A stretch of DNA of 64,000 nucleotides from the human T2T-CHM13v2.0 reference genome, Homo sapiens, in NCBI RefSeq assembly GCF_009914755.1, contig NC_060926.1; one strand, given 5' to 3'. Position 1 is the stretch's first letter. The number at the start of each line of letters is the position of its first letter. A model generated the notes under the pieces. It was not told the DNA's origin, ran no database searches, and saw only the letters and a program-made list of their open reading frames with translations. Made by a program: the position numbers and the translations under genes. This document shows positions 50,471 through 64,000 of the stretch, one piece after another.

Positions 50471-51827
50471 CGTTACAGACTTATTAGTGACTGAATTAGA
50501 GGGCTCAAAATGAGAGCTATAGTAATTTATTTGTGTGTGCTAGTATTAAAACCCATAATAATTGACTTGGAACGATTACTAGTAAGAGGCTCTTAGTCAT
50601 ATGTAAAATGGAAGTATGGAATTGTACCTCATTTTGTCTGTGAGAAATAAAGGGCTTGCTTATTCTTCTTATGTCAGAATATACTTGGGGAAATAAAACC
50701 GTGCTGTCTTCGTCACCTAAGGAAGCCTTCTGTGTTACTAAGCACCTTAGTATGGAGAAGAGTTCTTGAGTAAATTGTACCCAGGTTGTTAGTCTTAATG
50801 TCATCTCTAAGAGGCATACAGTTCCCACCCAATATACAACTTTGGTGTAGTATAGTCTTTTTCTGGCAGCCATCTTCCTCTTCTTGGTCGAAACTTACCT
50901 CTTCAACTCACCCCTAGTTCTGAAAATGAATCTCCAAAGATTATATCAGTATGTAGTAATATTGTTAACACTCACACTTAGTGTATTCTTCTTTCCCAGG
51001 GCTGAGAGAATAATAAGGACTCTAAAAACATACCATTTTTCATCATGAACTCCTTATGTACATAGACACATTTTATAAATCATAGTTAATGGATTTGTGA
51101 TCACCATTCTTCTGACAGTTTGACATATATGTCCTTAACTTTATATAGAACTGACAAGAATTCTTCTTTAACATCGTGCATCTCCTCCCTCGCTTTTAAC
51201 AGCTTAACCTATAGTCGTTCTTCCAGTTTTCTTTACTAATCTTTTCCTTTACCCCTGAGGTTAAAAAGACCTTATCTTATGTAACCTGGATCTTTCAAGG
51301 ACCTGGGCTGTACATCTTAACTCCTTAGCTATTTATCTCATTTGTCCCCATTCATGGTGTCACTAATAATTTGTAATGGCCAAAGGGATATAAAAACTTT
51401 GAGAAATCAGGAAATCATTTAGAAAAACAAGGTTTTGTTTTGTTAATCTGTTTTGGTTTATTAGCTTCTTGAGCCTGTTTTGTTTCCTCACAAAAACTTT
51501 TCTTATTTTCTTTAGACCCAGCAGGCAAGAACCTCACAAAATTTTGTAACTCATATTCCTTCTCAGGTTACAATGCATGTTACATTTTTAAATTTTTTAC
51601 TTTTCTTGAAGAGTTAATACTTGATACTTCTAGTTCTTTACTTTGAAATTCACTCCTCAACCCATTTCATTCTATATTCAGCTCCTTTGAAGCTCGTCAG
51701 TGGCCATAGAAAGCCAGTCAGTTGTAGTGGAAAGAGCTCAGAACTTGGATTTAGAGTTTAAGGGTTAAAGTACCAGTTTTTGTCACTTACCCACCTACAA
51801 TTCTAGAAAAACTATGTATCTTTGCAC

Positions 51828-51962
51828 TTAAAATGTGGTCTGAGGACCAATAACATTGGGCATCCCTGGGGAGCTTGTTAGAAATGCAGAATTTCAGGTC
51901 CCACCCAGACCTACTGAGTCAGAATCTGCAAGTTAACAAGATCCCAACATTGAGAAGCACTG
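51828..51962. mobile_element. MER5A-like DNA transposon
   Basis: GAGCTTGTTAGAAATGCAGAATTTCAGGTCCCACCCAGACCTACTGAGTCAGAATCTGCA. Confidence 0.8.
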
Positions 51963-53037
51963 TTACATGGTCATCTTTGCAACTCGGTTTCCCTATACGT
52001 AAAAAATAGATAATACTTGCTCTATATATCAATCATCTTAACACCATCTGACACATCATATGTTTTACCAATTTATTGTCAGCCTCCTCCTGCTAGAATA
52101 CAAATTAGCTCTGTGAGGTAGGGATTATTGTCTGTTTGTTTATTGCTGTATGTAGAACAGTGCCTGGAACATAGTAAGCATTCATGTATTTTGAATGAAC
52201 AATGAATGAATGGACAGCTTGTCAAATCCTGTCATTTCTGTTGCAGTCACTTACTTTACACTGCTGTTTAAAACTGCTTTCATTTAGAATTATTGTATTA
52301 GTGCAAATATAGAACATTTCTATAGAAATGTTTGTTGGATTGTGCAACCTAGATTTTTACATTCCCTTCTCACTCATCTTGAAAACTTTAAAACTGTAAA
52401 CAACTTGCCATGCTATACAGAATTAAGTTAAAACTCTTCAGAGTAACCTTTAGAGTTTTTTCAGTTTTATGTACTTAAATATATATATATTATACAGGGT
52501 GCATTTGTTGGGAGAGTCCTTCAAACTCACTGCACGCATAGCATCCCTCTAGGCCATATTGTACTGCCCCTGTGGGACTTGGGGGCAGGAGGAACCCGTG
52601 AAAATAAGCTGATGAGCCTTTGCTGTACCAGGGATCATGAAGTCTTTTGTCTCTGACTGAAGACCTTATGTCTTCTGCCAGCCTGCAAGACACAATAACA
52701 GATTGTAAGTAGGGTGAAATCAAATCCTAGACCCAATAGCATTATCCCATCTCATTGAAAATTCTCTTAAAAATCCAAGTTGTAAGATCCATATAATATT
52801 TCATCCACTGGATATACTGTTGTTTATAACCATTACTCTGTTGTTGAAGATTAAAATGTTTTTACTTTAGTTTTCTAATTAATATCTTTGTGTGCAAATA
52901 TTTATCTCCTTTGATGGCTGTTTCCTTAGGATTCATTTCTAGAAGCTTTTTAAAGGCTCAAAGCTGGCTTTTTTCCAGCACATAGAATTTTAAAATAGAA
53001 AATTTTATATACTATTAACAAATCTCTTTTTCTTTAG

Positions 53038-56000
53038 GAGACACTTCTAAAGGAGGCATAGCTAAAGTTACTCAATCCAACTTGAAGTCAGGCATCACTA
53101 CCACTCCTGTTGATTCAGACATTGGATCTCATTTATCCTTGTCCCTTGAGGACCTGTCTCAGTTGGCTGTAAGTTCTCCTCTAGAAACTACTACTGGTCA
53201 ACACACTGATACTCTCAACCAAAAGACATTAGCAGATACTCATCTAACTGAAGAGACTCTGAAAGTCACAGCTATTCCTGAACCAGCTGACCAGAAGACT
53301 GCAACACCAACAGTACTCTCTAGTTCCCACTCACATAGGGGGAAGCCCAGCATTTTCTACCAGCAGGGCTTGCCAGACAGTCATCTAACTGAAGAGGCTT
53401 TGAAAGTTTCAGCTGCTCCTGGACTAGCTGACCAGACAACTGGCATGTCAACTCTAACCTCTACTTCCTACTCACATAGAGAGAAGCCTGGTACTTTTTA
53501 CCAACAAGAGTTACCAGAGAGTAACTTAACCGAAGAGCCTTTGGAAGTTTCAGCTGCTCCTGGCCCAGTGGAGCAGAAGACGGGAATACCTACAGTATCC
53601 TCTACATCCCACTCACATGGAGAGGACCTCCTCTTTTTCTATCGACAGACCTTGCCAGATGGTCATCTAACTGATCAGGCTCTGAAAGTCTCAGCTGTGT
53701 CTGGACCAGCTGACCAGAAGACTGGGACAGCAACAGTACTCTCTACTCCCCACTCACATAGAGAGAAGCCTGGTATTTTTTACCAACAAGAGTTTGCAGA
53801 CAGTCATCAAACTGAAGAGACTCTTACTAAAGTTTCAGCCACTCCTGGACCAGCTGACCAGAAGACTGAGATACCAGCAGTACAGTCTAGTTCTTACTCA
53901 CAAAGAGAAAAGCCTAGTATTTTGTACCCACAGGACTTAGCAGACAGTCATCTACCTGAAGAGGGTCTGAAAGTTTCAGCTGTTGCTGGACCAGCTGACC
54001 AGAAGACTGGCCTACCAACAGTACCCTCTAGTGCATACTCACACAGAGAGAAGCTCCTTGTTTTCTACCAACAGGCCTTGCTGGACAGCCATCTACCCGA
54101 AGAGGCTCTGAAAGTTTCAGCTGTTTCTGGACCAGCTGACGGAAAGACTGGGACACCAGCTGTAACCTCTACTTCCTCTGCGTCCTCTTCACTTGGAGAA
54201 AAGCCCAGTGCTTTCTATCAGCAGACCTTACCCAATAGTCATCTAACTGAAGAGGCTCTGAAAGTATCAATTGTTCCTGGACCAGGTGATCAGAAGACTG
54301 GGATACCCTCAGCACCATCTAGTTTCTACTCACACAGAGAGAAGCCCATTATTTTTTCCCAGCAGACCCTGCCAGACTTTCTTTTCCCTGAAGAAGCTCT
54401 GAAGGTTTCAGCTGTTTCTGTATTGGCTGCCCAGAAGACTGGGACACCAACAGTGTCCTCTAATTCTCACTCACATAGCGAGAAATCTAGTGTTTTCTAC
54501 CAGCAAGAGTTGCCAGACAGTGATCTACCTAGAGAATCTCTGAAAATGTCTGCTATTCCTGGACTGACTGACCAGAAGACTGTCCCAACACCAACAGTAC
54601 CTTCAGGTTCCTTCTCACATAGAGAGAAGCCCAGTATTTTCTATCAACAGGAGTGGCCAGATAGTTATGCAACTGAAAAGGCTCTGAAAGTTTCAACTGG
54701 CCCTGGACCAGCTGACCAGAAGACTGAGATACCAGCAGTACAGTCTAGTTCTTACCCACAGAGGGAGAAGCCTAGTGTTTTGTACCCACAGGTGTTATCA
54801 GACAGTCATCTACCTGAAGAGAGTCTGAAAGTTTCAGCCTTCCCTGGACCAGCTGACCAGATGACTGACACACCAGCAGTACCGTCTACTTTCTACTCAC
54901 AAAGAGAGAAGCCTGGTATTTTCTACCAACAGACCTTGCCAGAGAGTCATCTGCCTAAAGAGGCTCTGAAAATTTCAGTAGCTCCTGGACTAGCAGACCA
55001 GAAGACTGGCACACCAACTGTAACCTCAACTTCCTACTCACAACATAGAGAAAAGCCCAGCATTTTCCACCAGCAGGCCTTGCCAGGTACTCATATACCT
55101 GAAGAGGCTCAGAAAGTTTCAGCTGTTACTGGACCAGGTAACCAGAAGACTTGGATACCAAGAGTACTTTCTACCTTCTACTCACAAAGAGAGAAACCTG
55201 GTATTTTCTATCAACAGACCTTGCCAGGTAGTCACATACCTGAAGAGGCACAGAAAGTTTCACCTGTTCTTGGACCAGCTGACCAGAAGACTGGGACACC
55301 AACTCCAACCTCTGCTTCTTACTCACACACAGAGAAGCCTGGTATTTTCTACCAACAGGTCTTGCCAGATAATCATCCAACTGAAGAGGCTCTGAAAATT
55401 TCAGTTGCCTCTGAACCAGTTGACCAGACAACTGGCACACCAGCTGTAACCTCTACTTCCTACTCACAATATAGAGAGAAGCCCAGCATTTTCTACCAAC
55501 AGTCGTTGCCAAGTAGTCATCTAACTGAAGAGGCTAAGAATGTTTCAGCGGTTCCTGGACCAGCTGACCAGAAGACTGTGATACCAATTTTACCCTCTAC
55601 TTTCTACTCACACACAGAGAAGCCTGGTGTTTTCTACCAACAGGTCTTGCCACATAGTCATCCAACTGAAGAGGCTCTGAAAATTTCAGTTGCCTCTGAA
55701 CCAGTTGACCAGACAACTGGCACACCAACTGTAACCTCTACTTCTTACTCACAACATACAGAGAAGCCGAGTATTTTCTACCAACAGTCGTTGCCAGGTA
55801 GTCATCTAACTGAAGAGGCTAAGAACGTTTCAGCGGTTCCTGGACCAGGTGACCGGAAGACTGGGATACCAACTTTACCCTCTACTTTCTACTCACACAC
55901 AGAGAAGCCTGGTAGTTTCTACCAACAGGTCTTGCCACATAGTCATCTACCTGAAGAGGCTTTGGAAGTTTCAGTTGCTCCTGGACCAGTTGACCAGACG

Positions 56001-59000
56001 ATTGGCACACCAACTGTAACCTCCCCTTCCAGCTCATTTGGAGAGAAGCCCATTGTTATCTACAAACAGGCCTTTCCAGAGGGTCATCTACCTGAAGAGT
56101 CTCTGAAAGTTTCAGTTGCTCCTGGACCAGTTGGCCAGACAACTGGCGCACCAACTATAACCTCTCCTTCCTACTCACAACATAGAGCAAAGTCTGGCAG
56201 TTTCTACCAACTGGCATTGCTAGGTAGTCAAATACCTGAAGAGGCTCTCAGAGTTTCTTCTGCTCCTGGACCAGCTGACCAGACAACTGGCATACCAACC
56301 ATAACCTCTACTTCCTACTCATTTGGAGAGAAGCCGATTGTTAACTACAAACAGGCCTTTCCAGATGGTCATCTACCTGAAGAGGCTCTGAAAGTTTCCA
56401 TTGTTTCTGGACCTACTGAAAAAAAGACTGACATACCAGCAGGACCTTTAGGTTCCAGTGCACTTGGAGAGAAGCCCATTACTTTCTACCGGCAGGCTCT
56501 GCTAGACAGTCCTCTAAATAAAGAGGTTGTGAAAGTTTCAGCTGCTCCTGGACCAGCTGACCAGAAGACTGAGACATTACCAGTACATTCTACTAGCTAC
56601 TCAAATAGGGGGAAGCCTGTCATTTTCTACCAGCAGACCCTATCAGACAGTCATTTACCTGAAGAAGCTCTGAAAGTTCCACCTGTTCCTGGACCAGATG
56701 CCCAGAAGACTGAGACACCATCAGTATCCTCTAGTTTATACTCATATAGAGAGAAGCCCATTGTCTTCTACCAACAGGCCCTGCCAGACAGTGAGCTAAC
56801 TCAAGAAGCTCTGAAAGTTTCAGCTGTTCCTCAACCAGCTGACCAGAAGACTGGGTTATCTACTGTAACTTCCTCTTTCTATTCACATACAGAGAAGCCT
56901 AATATTTCTTACCAGCAAGAGTTGCCAGATAGTCATCTAACTGAAGAGGCTCTGAAAGTTTCAGATGTTCCTGGACCAGCTGACCAGAAGACTGGGGTAT
57001 CAACAGTAACCTCTACTTCCTACTCACACAGAGAGAAGCCCATTGTTTCCTACCAGCGAGAGTTGCCGCATTTTACTGAAGCAGGTTTGAAAATTTTAAG
57101 AGTTCCTGGACCAGCTGACCAGAAGACTGGAATAAACATCCTGCCCTCTAATTCCTACCCACAGAGAGAGCACTCTGTCATTTCTTATGAGCAGGAGTTG
57201 CCAGATCTTACTGAAGTAACTTTGAAAGCAATAGGGGTTCCTGGGCCTGCTGACCAGAAGACTGGGATACAAATAGCATCCTCTAGTTCCTACTCAAATA
57301 GAGAGAAGGCCAGTATTTTTCATCAGCAGGAGTTGCCAGATGTTACTGAAGAAGCTTTAAATGTTTTTGTTGTTCCTGGACAAGGTGACCGGAAGACTGA
57401 GATACCAACAGTACCTTTAAGTTACTACTCACGTAGAGAGAAGCCCAGTGTTATCTCTCAACAGGAGTTGCCAGACAGTCATCTCACAGAAGAGGCTCTG
57501 AAAGTTTCACCTGTTTCTATACCAGCAGAGCAGAAGACTGGGATACCAATAGGACTGTCTAGTTCCTACTCACATTCACATAAAGAGAAACTCAAGATTT
57601 CAACTGTGCATATACCAGATGACCAGAAAACTGAGTTTCCAGCAGCTACCCTTAGTTCCTACTCACAAATAGAGAAGCCCAAGATTTCAACTGTGATTGG
57701 ACCAAATGACCAGAAGACTCCATCCCAGACAGCTTTTCATAGTTCCTATTCTCAAACAGTAAAGCCCAATATTTTATTTCAACAGCAGTTGCCAGATAGA
57801 GATCAAAGTAAAGGTATTCTAAAGATTTCAGCTGTCCCTGAACTAACTGATGTGAATACTGGAAAACCAGTATCTCTCTCTAGTTCTTATTTTCACAGAG
57901 AGAAATCGAATATTTTCAGTCCACAGGAATTGCCAGGTAGTCATGTAACTGAAGATGTGCTGAAGGTTTCAACAATTCCTGGACCAGCTGGCCAGAAAAC
58001 AGTATTACCAACAGCTCTTCCTAGTTCCTTTTCACATCGAGAGAAACCAGATATTTTCTATCAAAAGGATTTGCCAGATAGACATCTAACTGAAGATGCT
58101 CTAAAGATCTCAAGTGCTCTTGGGCAAGCTGATCAAATTACCGGATTACAAACAGTTCCCTCTGGTACTTACTCACATGGTGAGAATCACAAGCTTGTTT
58201 CAGAACATGTCCAAAGGCTAATAGATAATTTGAATTCTTCTGACTCCAGTGTTAGCTCAAATAATGTGCTTTTAAATTCTCAGGCTGATGACAGAGTTGT
58301 AATAAATAAACCAGAATCTGCAGGTTTTAGAGATGTTGGCTCTGAAGAAATCCAGGATGCAGAAAATAGTGCTAAAACTCTTAAGGAAATTCGGACACTT
58401 TTGATGGAGGCAGAAAATATGGCACTGAAACGATGCAATTTTCCTGCTCCCCTTGCCCGTTTCAGAGATATTAGTGATATTTCATTTATACAATCTAAGA
58501 AGGTGGTTTGCTTCAAAGAACCCTCTTCCACGGGTGTATCTAATGGTGATTTGCTTCACAGACAGCCATTCACAGAGGAAAGCCCAAGCAGCAGGTGCAT
58601 ACAGAAGGATATTGGCACACAGACGAATTTGAAATGCCGGAGAGGCATTGAAAATTGGGAGTTTATTAGTTCAACTACAGTTAGAAGTCCTCTACAGGAA
58701 GCAGAGAGCAAAGTCAGTATGGCATTAGAAGAAACTCTTAGGCAATATCAAGCAGCCAAATCTGTAATGAGGTCTGAACCTGAAGGGTGTAGTGGAACCA
58801 TTGGGAATAAAATTATTATCCCTATGATGACTGTCATAAAAAGTGATTCAAGTAGTGATGCCAGTGATGGAAATGGTTCCTGCTCGTGGGACAGTAATTT
58901 ACCAGAGTCTTTGGAATCAGTTTCTGATGTTCTTCTAAACTTCTTTCCATATGTTTCACCCAAGACAAGTATAACAGATAGCAGGGAGGAAGAGGGTGTG

Positions 59001-59145
59001 TCAGAGAGTGAGGATGGTGGTGGTAGCAGTGTAGATTCACTGGCTGCACATGTGAAAAACCTTCTGCAATGTGAATCCTCACTGAATCATGCTAAAGAAA
59101 TACTCAGAAATGCAGAGGAAGAGGAAAGCCGGGTACGAGCACATG
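53038..59145 (+). CDS. ALMS1: ALMS1 coding exon 8 (6108 bp, phase 1/1), containing the tandem-repeat domain
   Basis: tctttag|GAGACA acceptor, ATG|gtaaga donor; 2029-aa ORF 53082..59171 with EKP.IFYQQ.LPDSHL.EEALKVSA.PGPADQKT repeats characteristic of ALMS1. Confidence 0.98.
53200..58185 (+). repeat. ALMS1: Coding tandem array of ~141-bp (~47-aa) imperfect, cysteine-free repeats (~34 units)
   Basis: Recurring GGACCAGCTGACCAGAAGACT / GAGAAGCC / GAAGAGGCTCTGAAAGTTTC at ~141-bp period; unit number from established description and length/period. Confidence 0.95.
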
Positions 59146-60239
59146 GTAAGAAGAAAGTTTCAGGCTTATAAACGTTATAGTTTAATAATGTGTTTAAAGT
59201 TAGATATTTATGTTTTGAGGAAGCTTAGCCAATGAAAAATACAAGCAAGATCAAGAAAAAAAATGAAGTTAGATATTTGGAGTTCTAAATGTATTTTCCA
59301 ATAGAATTGTTAGAATGACTATATTTCTTCTAACAATCCATAAAAAGCCTATTTAACCAATAATGTAGTTAAGTTACAGTATTAATAGTACCAGCCTGAG
59401 TTTACGTTCTTGTTCTTAGGAGAAGTAGATTCTGATGTATGACAGAGAGTAAAGAGGTCGCTTGGGCTCCTGAGCTCCTAAAGCTATCACGTTTCTCTAA
59501 TCCTCCCATTATAGTATCCTTATTCTGAAGGCAGAAAGAGCCTCCAATTTGCTGTGCTCTAAATTGCTTTTTGTCCTAAAACTACATATATTTTCTCTTT
59601 CCCTTTTCTAATAGAACTCTTGGTGTTGATCTCAGACATTTGAAAAAAAAATCAATGTATTTTATACTAAAACTTGGGTTAGAGGTTTAAAAGAGAATAT
59701 TTACAAATCTCATTAATTTCTAATAGAATTCCATTAAAAACAAAAATCTGTAAGACAATATGGGGAATATATTTTGGGAGGCAATTTAAAAGCAATTTAG
59801 GCCTACCTAGAAATCGTCCCTTGAGGTTAACTTCCTACGCTGTTCCCTGCACATTTTTATTCTACAAAAAAACCTCCAAGTTGTATTTATTACTTTTAAA
59901 TATCAGCTGTCATGGAATTATGAGTAATTGTAGCAGGAACTAAAGGGAGAGGTAAAGAAACTCATGATTAAAAGGAGGATTAAGATAAATATGATTGATT
60001 ACCCGATTTAAAGTGGCTTTTTTGTAGAATTATCTATAGAGCATGACTTAAGAAAATCAGACTTTGCAGTGAAAGGATCTCTGTCAAGAATTTCTAATAG
60101 GTTGTCATAATTGAGAAGAAGACATACTAAGCATTGCAGTGGGTATTAAATTGCATATATTGATGATCTTCTGTGTTGCAATTGTTGACAAATTATCACT
60201 TTTGCATTGTATTATCTCAAGTGTATGCTTTCTCTCCAG

Positions 60240-60373
60240 CCTGGAATATGAAGTTCAATTTAGCACATGATTGTGGATACTCCATTTCAGAATTAAATGA
60301 AGATGACAGGAGGAAAGTAGAAGAGATCAAGGCAGAGTTATTTGGTCATGGAAGAACAACTGACTTGTCCAAG
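60240..60373 (+). CDS. ALMS1: ALMS1 coding exon 9 (134 bp, phase 1/0): (A)WNMKFNLAHDCGYSISELNEDDRRKVEEIKAELFGHGRTTDLSK
   Basis: ttctctccag|CCTGGA acceptor, AAG|gtataa donor; ORF 60173..60379. Confidence 0.93.
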
Positions 60374-60483
60374 GTATAAAAGAAATCTGGAAATGAAGAA
60401 AGTAAATATGAAAGAATGGGTGATGGAATTAGGATCTCTTACTTGGGCATCAGTTGAGTTGCTGATAATATTTGGCTAAAGCC

Positions 60484-60779
60484 TTTTTTGGTTTTGTTTT
60501 TGAGACAGTCTTGCTCTGTTGCCCAGGCTGAAGTGCAGCAGTGCAATCACAGGTCACTGCAGCCCTGAACTCTTAGACTCAAGGAATCCTCCCACCTCAG
60601 CCTCTCAGGTAGCTGGGACCACATGTGTGTACCGCCCTGCTCGGCTAATTTTTAAATTTTTGGCAGAGACAGGGTCTCTACGTTGCCCAGGCTGGTCTTG
60701 AACGCTTGGATTCAAGCGATCCTCTTGCCTTGGCCTCCCAAAATGCTGGGATTACAGGCATGAGCCACTGTGCCTAGGC
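60484..60779 (-). mobile_element. Alu (AluJ-like)
   Basis: Antisense dimer. Confidence 0.88.
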
Positions 60780-62169
60780 AGGCATCTTAATTTTTCAAAA
60801 GTTAAGATATAAGTATTAGATTCTTACAGTCTAGATATGTTGTTTTTATTGATTCCAAATTCATATTTTGAAAAATTTATCTTCTTAGAAAAATAAGAAC
60901 TGATTTGCTTGTTTTATCAATTTTTTTTTTAAGAACAGAGAAGACTAAATGTCACCCTTATTTTCTCTTGAAAGTGGTATCTTGAAATCCAGCTATTTTC
61001 AAATGTTTATTTTAAATACTTGAGTACACAGCTATAATAGCTTATGTATAAATGGCTTTCATTTTAATAGTACATATTTTCCTTCTATTAACTATTTCAT
61101 ATGTAGAAAAGAGCATATATGAATCATTTATGTAAAGAATAGCAGCAAGTAAAAATAATTCCCATATATTTACTATCGAGCTTGAGAAATAGAACATTAC
61201 CAAATACTGTTGAAGTTCTTTGTTTCTCCTTTCCCAGTCATATCTTTTTTATTTCTTATTTTGATATATAATGATTTTCCTTCTCTTCAGTATGGTTTTG
61301 AACTCTAAGATGGAATCAATATGATACATATTCTTTTGAGAACTAGGTGTTTCACACAGTGTTAGGGTTTTGAGCTGCTTCTATGTAGATGTGCAGAGTT
61401 TTCATTTGTTCCTTATTACTGTACAGTATTCCAGTGTGTGATTACATGATAATTTATTCTTTCTCCTGTGGATAAGGCATTTTGTCTGCTATTTTGCATA
61501 GTAATAGGGTATAATAATGCCTATCGTAGAGGGTTTTGGTGTGGATTATGTGAGATAATGCCTATAAAATGCTTAGTAGAACGTGTGATGTCTAGTTAGT
61601 ACTCAGTAACTGGCAGCTATTATTACTATTATTAATCCTGAAAGAATTGATATAGCTATCATGCAAGGATTTCATGGCCTGATTCATACAAAGTTTCTTA
61701 GAAAACTATTCTCCAGTGATATAGTTTATTTGGATTATCTCAATTTTGGAAAAGTTTGAAAAGTACAAATTAGATTGGATTTTAGGTTTTACGTATATGC
61801 TTGTGAAAAACAAAATTGACAAAATAATAAGAATAATAAAATGGGCAATTGGTTGTCTTAGCACCATTTGTATATATGCTGCCAAAGTGAGCACTATCCT
61901 AGCATCATTTGTTTAAAATTACATAGTTTTCTCAGTGATCTGTGTTTCCCTATTTTTAAAAATTATTTTCTTGCGTTCATATTTCCAGATCCCTCAGCAA
62001 GCAAGTTGCCTTCCTTTGGGTAGACTCTGGTTTGTCTGTGTTTTTCTTAAAATAAGGTGTCCTGAATTAGATGAAACACAATTTCACTTCTGATCTGACC
62101 AGCATGAAGTATATTCAGTAATTCTCTTTCTGTCAATGTACTGTGAGATCTTTAATGGTCACAGCATAA

Positions 62170-62616
<447 letters not shown>

Positions 62617-62779
62617 ATGTAATACTTTTTAACTCTCCTGTATTTCTTTTTATTGCTTTTATATCAGTGTTCAAGCCTATTGGAATGATTTTTAATCAAA
62701 TTTGATCATTTATTTTATTAAAATATCCCTTTCAGCTTTGTGCCATTTATATATTTGATAAGTATTTTTATCCAAATTA

Positions 62780-63136
<357 letters not shown>

Positions 63137-64000
63137 GGTCTAAAACTTTTGAATAAGATTACTCTCACACCTATTTTGAGTACTTCACTATACTGTCATT
63201 CAACCATCTTGTGTTTCACCATCTTATGATTGACTTTTTTCAGTCTATTAACTGAGTAGTTGCGAAATAGTGTTTGTCTAGATATGCCTTGTCCTTAGGG
63301 AACCCATATTGGCCACACTGTGTACGGTTTTGGACCTTTTATTTTTTTAACTTAAATATATTAGGATTTCCCTTTAAAACTTCTCTAAAAGCATAATTTC
63401 ACAGGTATGTAATATCCCATTGTATGAACATAACAATTTATTCACTACCCTACTGTTGGACATTTATTCATTCATTCCAAAAATACATATTGAATGCCTG
63501 ATATGCGCCATCCTCATCTATAGCCTGAGGACACACCACTGAACAAAATAGACAAACATTTCTTCATCATGAGCTTACATTAAGGAAGAGTATATGAATA
63601 ACAACCAAACAAGTAAAATAAATGTCAGATGGTGGGATAAGAGCCAGGGAGACAAAGCAGAATGGTCAACACAGAACCTGAGAAAGAGGTATTGAATTAA
63701 ATATCTGAGTAAGGTGAGAAAGTAAGGCAGTTAACAGTGACAAGAGCATTCCAGACAGAAATAGCATGCACACAGTTGCTGAGGTAAAGTGTGTGAAAGG
63801 AAAGGGAATGTTAAAGGAAAGGGAGGAGGCCAGTGTGTTTGGAGAGTGAGAGTGAAAGGGAGAAGACTAGATTGTGGAAGGCAGTGGTTCTTGACGGGTA
63901 GTAAATGCCTCCCAAAGAGATATTTTGGAAAATTATGTGATTTTTCTTGGGTCATCACTGTAATTGGGGATTGTTTCTGGAATGCAGTAGATAGGTGTCA

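Noticed and set aside
51516-51566. 51-bp phase 1/1 open segment after a strong acceptor in intron 7
   Set aside because: Donor CAG|gttaca is weak, and such short frames arise by chance
53200-58185. Regular repeat array superficially resembling a repeat-spacer (CRISPR-like) array
   Set aside because: Eukaryotic, fully in-frame coding repeat with similarity along the whole unit; the known ALMS1 repeat domain

Overview
Human (primate) genomic DNA covering the 5' part of ALMS1 (Alstrom syndrome centrosome/basal-body protein) on the + strand. It contains eight coding exons (exons 2-9 by recalled numbering, including the 6108-bp exon 8 with its ~47-aa tandem repeat array). Introns are packed with mostly antisense L1, Alu, MaLR/ERVL LTR and DNA-transposon relics, and intron 2 holds a GNG5 processed pseudogene. 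The most striking signal is a block of apparently fossil or cryptic ALMS1 coding sequence between exons 5 and 7. The repeat-free 1550-bp intron 5 reads as protein from exon 5 to exon 6 with only two +1 frameshifts (an exitron-like or intronised exon). Intron 6 holds a 150-bp in-frame exon-like segment whose acceptor reads GG instead of AG, and a 60-bp in-frame candidate exon. Exon 7 has a strong upstream in-frame acceptor (AG|GT, recursive-splice-like) 69 nt before its weak AAG acceptor. All calls were made by eye; repeat subfamily names, exon numbers and variant identities are from memory and unverified.
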